A DNA stretch of 64,000 bases from Candidatus Eiseniibacteriota bacterium (lineage in GTDB: Bacteria; Eisenbacteria; RBG-16-71-46). Below, one piece after another: positions 9,674 to 19,026 of this stretch. Position numbers and translations under genes: made by a program. The stretch covers positions 1,088,001 through 1,152,000 of the forward strand of contig OY970342.1 in assembly GCA_963717505.1 (NCBI GenBank). The letters are read 5' to 3'. The notes beneath the pieces were generated by a model. That model did no database searches. It worked only from the letters and a program-made list of their open reading frames with translations, and was not told where the DNA came from. Numbering within the stretch: the first letter of the stretch is position 1; each line of letters opens with the position of its first letter.

Positions 9674-10201
9674 ATGAAGCGTGCATTTGCGCTGATGTCG
9701 CTGCTCGCGGTCGTGATTCCGGCGTCTGCATTCGCCAAAGACATGAAGGGCCTGTGGGGCCCTGGCTATTTCCGCGCTGAAGCTCCGGTCGGTGTTCGCG
9801 TCTGGATGTCGCCGACGCTGGGTATGGATCTCGGACTCGGATTCTCGTCGGGCGATGCCGGCGGTGAGAGCCTGACCGACTTCACGGTCGACCTGGGTCT
9901 GCCGATCGTCATGGCCAGTGCCGGTGATGCCAACTTCTTCGTGCGCCCCGGCGTGCTCTACACCTCGGACGAGGAGGATTTCGGTCCGCCGACCGGCGTC
10001 GACGCGACCACCACGTTTGCGATTTCGGGCAGTCTCGGCGTCGAGTACTTCTTCACCGAGCGCTTCAGCGTGCAGGCCGCCCACGGCATCTTCTGGGCGT
10101 CCTCCGAGCCTCCGGTCGGTGATTCCGTGTCGCAGTTCGCCACCGAGGACTTTGGCATCTCGAACATCGGCTTCCACTACTACTTCGGCGGCACGCAGTA
10201 A
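9674..10201 (+). CDS. Outer-membrane beta-barrel protein
   Basis: GGAGG RBS, signal peptide ending AFA, alternating strands, C-terminal GFHYYF. Confidence 0.75.
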   Translation: MKRAFALMSLLAVVIPASAFAKDMKGLWGPGYFRAEAPVGVRVWMSPTLGMDLGLGFSSGDAGGESLTDFTVDLGLPIVMASAGDANFFVRPGVLYTSDEEDFGPPTGVDATTTFAISGSLGVEYFFTERFSVQAAHGIFWASSEPPVGDSVSQFATEDFGISNIGFHYYFGGTQ

Positions 10202-10219
10202 CCCAAACGAGCATCCTGC

Positions 10220-10250
10220 GGGGCGGGCCTTCGGGCCCGCCCCTTTTTTT
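10220..10250 (+). terminator. Rho-independent terminator
   Basis: GGGGCGGGCC-TTCG-GGCCCGCCCC followed by T7. Confidence 0.9.
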
Positions 10251-10299
10251 GTAGTATGTCCCGCTTGCCCCGTCCCCGCGGAGACCCCGAGAACCCCGG

Positions 10300-11928
10300 A
10301 TGAACGCCGTTCCCCACGTCGCCTACATGTGCATGGAATACGGACTCGACGAGTCGTTCCCGATCTATTCGGGCGGGCTCGGGGTCCTGGCCGGCGACTA
10401 CATGAAGTCGGCCCGCGATCTCCATCTGCCGGTGATCGGGATCGGGCTGCGCTGGGAGCGCGGCTACTGCGTCCAGAGGATCGGGTCGGACGGCGAGCCC
10501 TACGAGGAGTATCCGTCGTACGACGCGCCCTGGCTGCAGGAGGCGCGGGTCCGCGTCCGCGTCCGGGTGCGCGGCGAGGAGATCCCGTGCATGGTCTGGT
10601 ACACGGACCACTTCGGGAATGCGCCCCTCTATCTGCTCGAGCCCTTCCGCGGCAAGGACCGCTGGATCACCCATCGGCTCTACGAGGCGGGCACCGACGT
10701 CCGGATCGCCCAGGAGCAGTTGCTCGGCATCGGCGGCATGCGCGTCCTCAACTGGCTGGGAATCCCGATTTCGACCTTCCATTTCAACGAGGGGCACGCG
10801 GTGTTCGCCGGGATCGAGATGATCTGCGGCCTGATGGAGACCGGCATGCCGTTCCAGGACGCCTGGCGCGAGATCCGCAAGCGGATCGTGTTCACCACCC
10901 ACACGCCGGTACGTGCCGGCAACGAAGAGCATTCGCTCGCCGACCTGCGCCGCATGGGCGCCTGTCTCGAGTTGTCCGACGCCGAGATGCGCGCTATCGG
11001 CGGCGACCCGTTCAACATGACGGTCGCCGGCCTCCGTCTCTCGCGCGCTGCCAACGCGGTGTCGCAGCTCCACGGCGAGACCGCGCGGGCGATGTGGGAG
11101 CACGTTACCGACGCATCGCCGATCACCTCGATCACCAACGGCGTGCACGCCCGCACCTGGCAGTCGCCGCTCATCCGCGACGCTCGTGAGGACGAAGACC
11201 TGCGTCGGGCCCGACGCGCGCTCAAGGACGAGCTGCTGGCGCTGATCCGTGCGCGCACCGGCGTCGTGCTGGATCCGAGCGCCTTGTTGGTCGGCTTCGC
11301 CCGGCGCGCGGCTGCCTACAAGCGCAGCGACTTGATCCTGCGCGACCCCGAGCGGCTCGGGCAGCTATTCGCCCAGCATCCGATCGCACTCGTCTTCTCG
11401 GGCAAGTCCCACCCCCAGGACCGCGGCGGCAAGGCGATCGTCAAGCGGCTGGCGCAGGCGATGCGCGAGTACCCGGGCCGCATCGTGTTCCTCGAGAACT
11501 ACGACATGGAGGTGGGTCGCGCGATGGTGCGCGGCTGCGACGTGTGGTTGAACAACCCCGTGCGCCCGCTCGAGGCCAGCGGCACCTCGGGTATGAAGGC
11601 GGCCATGAACGGCGCTCTCAACCTGAGCATTCTCGACGGCTGGTGGGCCGAAGCCTGCGAGCATGGCGTCAACGGCTGGGCGATCGGCGACACCGAGGCT
11701 GGAGAAGACGAGCCCGACCTGGCAGCACTCTATGGCGTGCTCGAGAACGAAGTCGTCCCCGCCTGGAAGCAGCCGGAAACCTGGACGCGCATGATGCGCG
11801 CCAGCATCACCATGGCGGTCGAGAAGTTCTCATCCGACCGGATGATCCGCGACTACTTCGCCAAGGCTTACACCGGTCCCGAAGTGGTTCCGTCTCCGAC
11901 CGGGGTCACCGCCAGCCGCGTCACGTAA
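10300..11928 (+). CDS. glgP: Alpha-glucan (glycogen/starch) phosphorylase, compact form
   Basis: YSGGLGVLAGD, HFNEGH, FTTHTP, ITNGVH, ARRAAAYKR, EASGTSGMK PLP motif. Confidence 0.92.
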   Translation: MNAVPHVAYMCMEYGLDESFPIYSGGLGVLAGDYMKSARDLHLPVIGIGLRWERGYCVQRIGSDGEPYEEYPSYDAPWLQEARVRVRVRVRGEEIPCMVWYTDHFGNAPLYLLEPFRGKDRWITHRLYEAGTDVRIAQEQLLGIGGMRVLNWLGIPISTFHFNEGHAVFAGIEMICGLMETGMPFQDAWREIRKRIVFTTHTPVRAGNEEHSLADLRRMGACLELSDAEMRAIGGDPFNMTVAGLRLSRAANAVSQLHGETARAMWEHVTDASPITSITNGVHARTWQSPLIRDAREDEDLRRARRALKDELLALIRARTGVVLDPSALLVGFARRAAAYKRSDLILRDPERLGQLFAQHPIALVFSGKSHPQDRGGKAIVKRLAQAMREYPGRIVFLENYDMEVGRAMVRGCDVWLNNPVRPLEASGTSGMKAAMNGALNLSILDGWWAEACEHGVNGWAIGDTEAGEDEPDLAALYGVLENEVVPAWKQPETWTRMMRASITMAVEKFSSDRMIRDYFAKAYTGPEVVPSPTGVTASRVT

Positions 11929-12365
11929 TCCTCGGGTAGCTGGAATGCGCGGGCCCCGGCGATGATCGATTCCAGGTAGCGACGTGACGGCGGCTGCGGA
12001 TTCGAGGGCCGCGCGAAGTAGATCCAGGCGCGCACGCGGCGCGGGACCGAGCCGTCGTCGCAGCGCACCAGCTCGACGAACTCCTGTTGGCGTTCGTATT
12101 CGTTGTGCGGGTCCCCCGTGGCGCGAAAGCCCTCGTAGGCGTCCAGGCGTCCGAGGTCGTGCTCCGTCACCTGGAACAACATGCCCCACAGCTCCTCGCC
12201 GTGCGCGAGCTGAGGCCCGGCCACACCGCCGTCCCAGAGCTGCGAGTACCGGGGAAACGCCATCCGGTAGTCGCGCAGCACCGCGAGGCCCACCCGTCGA
12301 TGACTGGGGGCGCGTTCCCGCATCTGGTCGGGATTCAGATTCGAGGCGTAGGCGAACAAGAACAC
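11868..12365 (-). CDS. Gamma-glutamylcyclotransferase family protein
   Basis: FAYASNL N-terminal motif, LDAYEG, PPSRRYL; start inferred. Confidence 0.75.
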   Translation of the reverse strand: MFLFAYASNLNPDQMRERAPSHRRVGLAVLRDYRMAFPRYSQLWDGGVAGPQLAHGEELWGMLFQVTEHDLGRLDAYEGFRATGDPHNEYERQQEFVELVRCDDGSVPRRVRAWIYFARPSNPQPPSRRYLESIIAGARAFQLPEDYVTRLAVTPVGDGTTSGPV

Positions 12366-12540
12366 GCGAAGAGTCTCCCTTCGGCCGCCGTTCCGCGGCC
12401 GCGCCGTCAGCATAGCCCCGAGGCCGACCCGCGCGCGACTTCGCTTCGGGCCGGGTGCGCGTCGCGCGCGCCGGGTCGCCGCACTCTGGCTGCCGGTCCG
12501 TTTGTTGTGGGTGGGCGGCCAGCGTAGGATGCCCCGCCTC

Positions 12541-13269
12541 ATGCCCGTGGATCTCCTCGCCTTCGGCCCTCATCCCGACGATGCCGACATCGGCTGCGGC
12601 GGCATGCTGCGCAAGATGAAGGCGCTCGGGCACACGACCGGCATCATCGACATGACGACCGGCGACATGGGCTGGGGCTCGCCCGAGCTCCGAGTCAAAG
12701 AAAACGCCGAGGCGGCGCGCATCCTCCAGCTCGACGTGCGCGAGAATCTCGATCTGGGCGACTGCCGGATCGAGGACACGTTCGAGAACCGTTGCACGGT
12801 CGCTGCGGTCATCCGCCGGCATCGCCCGCAGATCGTGTTCGCCCCGTACTACAACCTGCCGATCGGACGCGGGCTCGGGCACAACGACCACTACAAGACC
12901 GGCCAGATCGTCGCCAACGCGTTCAACCTCGCGCATCTGCGCAAGGCGCCGATCACGGGCGAGCCGCACCAGGCGCGCGCGATCTACTTCTTCTTCCTGC
13001 CGCCGGGCACGCTCGCGACCTTCGTGGTCGACATCACCGACTACTTCGACGATTGGGTCGCGGCACTCGACGCGCACCAGAGCCAGTTCCACAACGCCGA
13101 CCGCCCGCGCCCCGGCGGCGCGCCCTCGGTGCGCGAGGTGTTCGAATCCTACGCCCGCTACTGGGGCTGGCAGATCGGCGTGAAGTACGGGCAGGCCTAC
13201 CTGTCCACCGGCCCGCTCCACGTGGGCGATCCGATGATGCTGGTGAAGGACATCGTTCCGCGCGCGTGA
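12541..13269 (+). CDS. PIG-L family deacetylase (BshB1-like)
   Basis: FGPHPDDAD, R..E...A motif, HNDH, AHQSQF. Confidence 0.85.
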   Translation: MPVDLLAFGPHPDDADIGCGGMLRKMKALGHTTGIIDMTTGDMGWGSPELRVKENAEAARILQLDVRENLDLGDCRIEDTFENRCTVAAVIRRHRPQIVFAPYYNLPIGRGLGHNDHYKTGQIVANAFNLAHLRKAPITGEPHQARAIYFFFLPPGTLATFVVDITDYFDDWVAALDAHQSQFHNADRPRPGGAPSVREVFESYARYWGWQIGVKYGQAYLSTGPLHVGDPMMLVKDIVPRA

Positions 13270-13311
13270 CCCCGCCAGGCCCCGTCGCAACCCTCTGCGA
13301 CGGGCGTCGGA

Positions 13312-13340
13312 TTGACCCGTCCACGCCAGCCGCCTAAAGT
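13312..13340 (+). promoter_or_regulatory. sigma70-type promoter
   Basis: TTGACC-N17-TAAAGT upstream of the S11 peptidase; preceded by hairpin 13281-13304. Confidence 0.6.
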
Positions 13341-13403
13341 GTGCGGTTTGCAGAGCCGATCCACGGACGGATTGGCCGGTGCGTTACATGACTGGGAGGT
13401 CCC

Positions 13404-14334
13404 ATGGTTTTCCGCCCCCGCGGGGTGTTGGGCGTTTTCGCCCTCGCGACCCTGCTCGCGGCTTCGGTTTCGCCGGCCAGCAGCTCCAATTCCCCACCTG
13501 CAAGCGGTTCCTCCGGCCCCAGCCTCAAGGTTGCGGCGGCCCCGACCGCGTCCACCGCGCGCAAGCGGCGCGTGCGCCGCGGGCCTCCGGGCGGCGTGGT
13601 CTATTCGCGCAACGCGGTGGTGATCGACCCGCTGACCAATGAAGTGCTGTTCGAGAAGAACGCGGGCCGGTCGGTGCCGATCGCCAGCATCACCAAATTG
13701 ATGACCGCGATCGTCTTCGTCGGCCTGAACGTCGACCTGTCACGGCAGGTCGAGGTCCGTCGCGACGACCTGATCGGCGGCGGCAAGACTCAGTTGCGGA
13801 GCCGCGAACGCGTGGCCCTCGGCGACCTGCTGCACATGAGCCTGATGTGCTCGGACAACGTCGCGACCCGGGTCATGGTCCGGGAGTCCGGCATTCCGCG
13901 GCAGGAGTATCTGTCGCGCATGAATCGCAAAGCCCTCGAGCTGGGCCTGACCGAAACCCGGTTCGTCGAGTTCACCGGGCTGGATCCGGCCAACGTCTCG
14001 TCGGCGACCGACGTCGCCCGGATGCTGCGCGCTGCGTCCGACCACGACATGATCCGCTCGATCAGCACGACGCGGACCTACGAGTTCCGCAGCTCGCGGC
14101 GGCCGCACTTCGTCGCCAACACCAACCGCATGCTTGTACGGCCGCTACGAAATCCTGGGCGGCAAGACCGGCTTCATCAGCTCGGCCGGCTACTGCCTCG
14201 TCACCTGGGTGCGTGCCGGCGGCCGCGACCTGATCGCGGTGGCCCTCGGCGCACCGACCAACGCGACCCGTTTCGCCGACGTCGTGCGCATGGTGCAGAA
14301 GACCACGGCTCCTCGGCCCGCGACCCGCAGCTAG
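13404..14334 (+). CDS. D-alanyl-D-alanine endo/carboxypeptidase (peptidase S11, PbpG-like), apparent frameshift at ~14134
   Basis: SITK and SDN in the first frame, KTG in the shifted frame 14134-14334; one extra T in ATGCTTGTAC. Confidence 0.8.
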
Positions 14335-14392
14335 TGCTCCTGCGGGCCGACTGCCGCGGGCGGACCGCGCGCCCGACCGACCCGAAACCCTG

Positions 14393-15154
14393 ATGCGTCG
14401 ACTCGCCGGCATCCTTCCCGGCCTCGCGGCCGGAGTCGCCGGCGGCTTCTTCGGAGTCGGCGGCGGGACCGTGCTGGTCCCGATCCTCACCGGGATCTAT
14501 CGGCTGACCCAACATCAGGCGCATGGCACCTCGCTCGCGATCGTCGGGGCGACCTCCCTGGTCTCGGTCGTGATCTATGCGTTGCACGGGAACGTGTCCT
14601 GGTGGCTCGCAGCGATCACCGGACTCGCCAGCGTCCTCACGGCTCGCTGGGGAGCCCGCCTGGCCACGAAGACTCCCGCGCACCGCCTGGCGCGCGCCTT
14701 CGCAGTGCTGCTGATCGTGGTCGCGATTCGCATGGTTTGGGCAGTACCTGCCGGTGCGATCCCCGTGACGCTGGGGAGCTCGACCGTCGCGATTGCAGTC
14801 GTGACCGGCGCCCTCGCCGGCCTGCTCTCTGGCTACATGGGAGTCGGTGGCGGCACTGTGGTCGTCCCGATGTTCACGATGCTGCTCGGCATGTCGCAGC
14901 AGAGCGCACAGGGAACGTCACTGGCCGTGATCCTGGTCACGGCACCGGCCGGCGCGATCGAGCATCATCGCCATGGCAACGTCGTTCTCAGGCTGGTGCC
15001 GCCGCTCGCGGTCGGCGCGGCGATCGGCGGCCCCTTGGCCTCCCTCGTGGTTCAGCCTCTTCCCCAGATCCTCCTGGCGCGGGCGTTCGCGGTCTTCCTG
15101 GCCGCCAGTGCTGTGCACCTGTGGTGGCGGGCGGGTCGGACTCGTGCGCAATGA
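14393..15154 (+). CDS. TauE/SafE (TSUP) family permease
   Basis: Duplicated GVGGG..VP and A.GTSL motifs; highly hydrophobic. Confidence 0.88.
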   Translation: MRRLAGILPGLAAGVAGGFFGVGGGTVLVPILTGIYRLTQHQAHGTSLAIVGATSLVSVVIYALHGNVSWWLAAITGLASVLTARWGARLATKTPAHRLARAFAVLLIVVAIRMVWAVPAGAIPVTLGSSTVAIAVVTGALAGLLSGYMGVGGGTVVVPMFTMLLGMSQQSAQGTSLAVILVTAPAGAIEHHRHGNVVLRLVPPLAVGAAIGGPLASLVVQPLPQILLARAFAVFLAASAVHLWWRAGRTRAQ

Positions 15155-15534
15155 CCGCGCCCCGTCTGCCGTGCCTTCCGAGGCCGGCGGAACTCCCAAT
15201 GTGCGCGAAACTCACCACCTTGGGGGCCATTGACCCGGCGTTTTGCTCGATCTTGACGCATTCTGCATAGCCCCGAACCCGGGCCCTCAATCTCGGGAAC
15301 CCAACTTGGCCAGTATTGGCGGGGGCGATCTCCGATGCGTTCCGGAAACTCCTTTGAATCGGAATGGCTGTCGCGTAATTCGCTGTGGCACATGATGCTA
15401 AGGAGTCTTTTCGGCGGTCACGGAAGCGCGAAAAACCGCGGCCACGACCTTGCTTATCCAAATTGGGGCCTGACGTCCCCGCAGCGACCGGCAACCCAAC
15501 CCAGGAACTCACCAGACCGCCCGGGGAACACCCC

Positions 15535-17298
15535 ATGGACCGTCGTCCCAAGGCACCGCGCTCGCGAGGCAGGCGCCCGATGCGTGCGTCTGCGGGCCGC
15601 CTTCCCGAGAACGACCTGCCGGCTGAAGCCGCAAGTCTGCCGGCCGATATCGCCCGCCAATCGCAGCGCGAGATGGACCGCCTGCGCCGGTTGCCGCAGG
15701 GTTCGATCGAAGCCGGCCTGGTGCGCTCGTACCTGCAATGGCTGTGGTCGCTGCCCTGGAGCCGAACCGCCGCCGAGGACGCCGATCTCAAGTCGGCGAA
15801 GCGCGTCCTCGACCGCGAACACCTCGGGCTCGACAAAGCCAAGCAGCGAATCATCGAGTACCTGGCCGTGCGCATGCTCAAGCCGGATCTGCCGGGACCG
15901 GCCCTGTGCCTCGTGGGCCCGCCGGGCACCGGCAAGTCGTCGCTCGGCGCCGCGGTCGCACACGCGCTGCGCCGCCCCTCGGTGCGCATCAGCGTCTCGG
16001 GGACGACCAACGCCAACGAGCTGCGCGGCGAGAGCCGCCGCATTCCGGGGGCGCAGCCGGGCAAGATCGTGCGCGCGCTGCGCGACGCGGGCGTCAACAA
16101 TCCCGTGCTGGTGATCGATGGCATCGACCGGCTGATCGGCGAGGCCGGTCTCGAGGTGATCGAAGTGCTGGCCGAGCTGCTCGATCCCGAGAGCAGTGCT
16201 CAATTCACCGACCACTACCTGGGGATCCCGTTCGACCTGTCGCACGCGGTGGTGATCCTGTGCGCCAACGATCTGGACCTGGTCCCCGACGCGCTGCGCG
16301 AGCGCATGGATGTCCTCGAAGTGCCGGGCTACAGCGAAGAGGAGAAGCTCGAAATCGCGCGGCGCTTCCTGGTGCCGCGGCAGCTGCGCGATCACGGGCT
16401 CACGGCACGCGACCTGGCGCTCTCGACCATGCTGCTGCGCGCGATGATCCGCGACTACACGCTCGAAGCCGGCGTGCGCGGCCTGGCGCGCCAGATCGCG
16501 ACCGTGTGCCGCAAGATCGCGCACTCGCGCGCCACCGGTCACCGGCGGCGCGTGGCCCCGGTGCCGGCCGATCTCGAGAGCTTCCTCGGACACCGGATCT
16601 ACACCCACGAGCAGCTGGGCAAGACCGACGAGGTCGGGATCGCGCTGGGCCTGGCGTGGACCGCGGCCGGCGGCGAGATCTTGGTGGTCGAAGCGCTCAA
16701 GATGCCCGGCCAGGGCCGCGTGGTCACCACCGGCCAGCTCGGCGAAGTCATGAAGGAGTCGGTCCAGGCGGCGCACTCGTACGTGCGCTCGCGCGCCGAC
16801 CTGCTCGAGATCGATCCCGAGTCGTTCGCGAACTACGACATCCACATTCACTTTCCGGCGGCGGGCGTGCCCAAGGATGGCCCCTCGGCCGGCATCACGG
16901 TCGGACTGGTGATCGCCTCGGTGCTCAGCGACCGGCCGATTCGCCACGACGTCGCGATGACCGGCGAAGTCAGCCTGCGCGGCCGCGTGCTGCTGGTCGG
17001 CGGCTTGCGCGAGAAGGCGCTGGCCGCGTATCGGGCGGGCCTCGGCACCATGCTGTTCCCGGCGGCCAACGTGAAGGATCTCGACGAAGTCCCCGCGGAC
17101 GTCCGCGAGGGCCTGGAGCTGATTCCGGTCGAGACCATGGACGACGTGTTCTCGATCGCGCTCCATCGCGTGATCGTGCCGCAGCGGATCGCCGGCAACT
17201 ACGTCATCGAGGTCGAGGACGACGACGAGATCCCCGGCCACGAAGTCGGCGAGCAACCGCCGGCGCAGGCGACCCGCCGGGGACGCGCGCGCCGCTAG
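15535..17298 (+). CDS. lon: Lon-family protease lacking the N-domain, with a degenerate AAA+ module
   Basis: GPPGTGKS, EAGVRGL, GLAWT, PKDGPSAG, GGLREK; Walker B reads VIDGID; start uncertain. Confidence 0.85.
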   Translation: MDRRPKAPRSRGRRPMRASAGRLPENDLPAEAASLPADIARQSQREMDRLRRLPQGSIEAGLVRSYLQWLWSLPWSRTAAEDADLKSAKRVLDREHLGLDKAKQRIIEYLAVRMLKPDLPGPALCLVGPPGTGKSSLGAAVAHALRRPSVRISVSGTTNANELRGESRRIPGAQPGKIVRALRDAGVNNPVLVIDGIDRLIGEAGLEVIEVLAELLDPESSAQFTDHYLGIPFDLSHAVVILCANDLDLVPDALRERMDVLEVPGYSEEEKLEIARRFLVPRQLRDHGLTARDLALSTMLLRAMIRDYTLEAGVRGLARQIATVCRKIAHSRATGHRRRVAPVPADLESFLGHRIYTHEQLGKTDEVGIALGLAWTAAGGEILVVEALKMPGQGRVVTTGQLGEVMKESVQAAHSYVRSRADLLEIDPESFANYDIHIHFPAAGVPKDGPSAGITVGLVIASVLSDRPIRHDVAMTGEVSLRGRVLLVGGLREKALAAYRAGLGTMLFPAANVKDLDEVPADVREGLELIPVETMDDVFSIALHRVIVPQRIAGNYVIEVEDDDEIPGHEVGEQPPAQATRRGRARR

Positions 17299-17675
17299 AC
17301 CGGCTCGGCGCCCTCGACGTCTTCGTCGCGCACGGCACCGCCGCGTTCGAGTGCCGCGAGGTAGTCGGCGATCAAAGCCCGGGCCTCGGCTTCCACGGCT
17401 CCGGCCACCAGGATCTCGCCCCAGGCACTGGTGCCCCAGTCACGCCGCACGCCGCCATAGCCGGGCAGGGTCGCGCTGCGCAGCACCGCGTGGATTCCCT
17501 GGCTCTCGAGCACGCCGCACAGCAGGGCACCGGCCGCGGCATCGGGAACCTTGTGGACCACCACCGGAGCGGCGGGATCGCGCGACGGCGGCTCGGCGAC
17601 CAGCACCGCACGGCAATCGGGACACGCTGCGATCGCATCGTCGTACGCGGTGCCACACTCCGGGCAGTACTTCAT
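17295..17675 (-). CDS. Zinc-ribbon plus DUF2007-like small protein
   Basis: CPEC...CPDC followed by A.LL.GVLESQGI and EILV...EA pattern. Confidence 0.75.
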   Translation of the reverse strand: MKYCPECGTAYDDAIAACPDCRAVLVAEPPSRDPAAPVVVHKVPDAAAGALLCGVLESQGIHAVLRSATLPGYGGVRRDWGTSAWGEILVAGAVEAEARALIADYLAALERGGAVRDEDVEGAEPV

Positions 17676-17684
17676 CGCTCGGCG

Positions 17685-18894
17685 CTAGCGTCGCGCTCCG
17701 GCCGGGACACTCACGCGCTCGCGGATCCGGCGCGCGGCCTCCTCGATGTCCTCGCGTCGCGTGGCCAGCGACATGCGCACCCGCGTCGTGTACTCCGGTC
17801 CGAATGCCGTGCCCGGCAGACACCGCCACGCCCATGCCCAGCCACTCGTCGGCCAGCGCCCACAAGTCGCCCGACATGGCGCCCGAGACGTCGGGGTACG
17901 CGTAAAACGCGCCCTTGGGCACCGGAACGGTGACCACGGCCTGCCCCGCGAGCCCGCTCAGCAGCAGGTCGCGGCGTTCCTGGTAGGCGGCGCGCATGCG
18001 CTCGGCTTCGTCCTGAGGTCCGGTGACCGCGGCGAGTGCGGCGCTCTGGACCGACGGGAACACCCCGTGGGTCGAATAGAACGACAGGATCGGCCCGGCG
18101 ATCGAGCGCAGCGCCGGCGGCGACACCAGGTAGCCGATGCGCCAGCCGGTCATGGAATAGGTCTTCGAGAACGTGTAGGCGCTGAGCGTGCGCTCGGCCA
18201 TGCCGGGGAGCGAAGCCATGCTGATGTGCTGGGTGCCATCGAACAGGATGTGCTCGTAGGCCTCGTCGCTGACCACCCAGAGGTCGCGCTCGATCGCCAC
18301 CGCCGCCAGCGCCGCCAGGTGCTCGCGCGACAGGACGAGGCCGGTGGGATTGTTGGGCGAGTTCAGGTAGATGCCGCGGGTTTCCGGGCGCAGCGCGTCA
18401 CGAACCCGCGCCGCGAACTCCTCGGGGGTCCAGCGCCCTTCGAGAATCTCGAGGTAGGCGGGCATCGTCCGCATGCGGGCGCCGTCGATGAAGCCGACCA
18501 GCTTCGGGATCGCCATCCAGTGCGGGGACAGCACCAGCAGCTCGTCACCGGCGCCGAGCAGCGCCTGGAACGCGATGAACAACGCGTGGGTACCGCCGAG
18601 TGTGATCACGACGTCGTCCGGCTCGCACGTGATGCGGTTCTCGCGCGCGAGCTTGGCGACCAGCGCTTCGCGCAGCGGCAGCGAGCCGCGGGCGTCGGGG
18701 TAGTGGGTCTCGCCGTTGCGCGCCGCTCGGGCCAGGGCTTCCACGATGTGCGCCGGAGTGTCGAAGTCGGGCTCGCCGCGCTCGAGATGGATCACGCGCT
18801 CGCCGGCGGCTTCGCGCACACGCGCCGCGGCCATGATCCGGCCGAGCTCGGAGGTCATGCGCAGAAGGGATCGGTCGGCGACGAGGCGTGGCAT
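17685..18894 (-). CDS. PLP-dependent class I/II (aspartate-type) aminotransferase, apparent frameshift at ~17820
   Basis: GEPDFDTP, NSPNNPTG, SDEAYE, FSKTYSMTGWRIG; C-terminus LPGTAFG..RVRMS continues in another frame to TAG at 17685. Confidence 0.85.
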
Positions 18895-18962
18895 GGCGGA
18901 CTCCCGGGTGGACTGCGTCGGAACCGGACTCGGACGAGGCATGCAGATTAGCATGCCCGTCA

Positions 18963-18977
18963 CGGCATGCTGCTTGC
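18963..18977 (+). promoter_or_regulatory. Candidate sigma54 -24/-12 promoter
   Basis: CGGCAT-N5-TTGC, 50 nt upstream of ATG 19027. Confidence 0.45.
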
Positions 18978-19026
18978 CCTGACCGGCCTGGGAAGCTGGA
19001 AGGCCGCAGTCAGGGAGGATTAGGCC

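Noticed and set aside
15454-17933. Long alternative-frame ORFs (600 aa, 731 aa) over lon, and similar ones over groEL and the metalloproteases
   Set aside because: Stop-poor shadow frames expected at high GC; Arg/Ala/Pro-rich with no motifs
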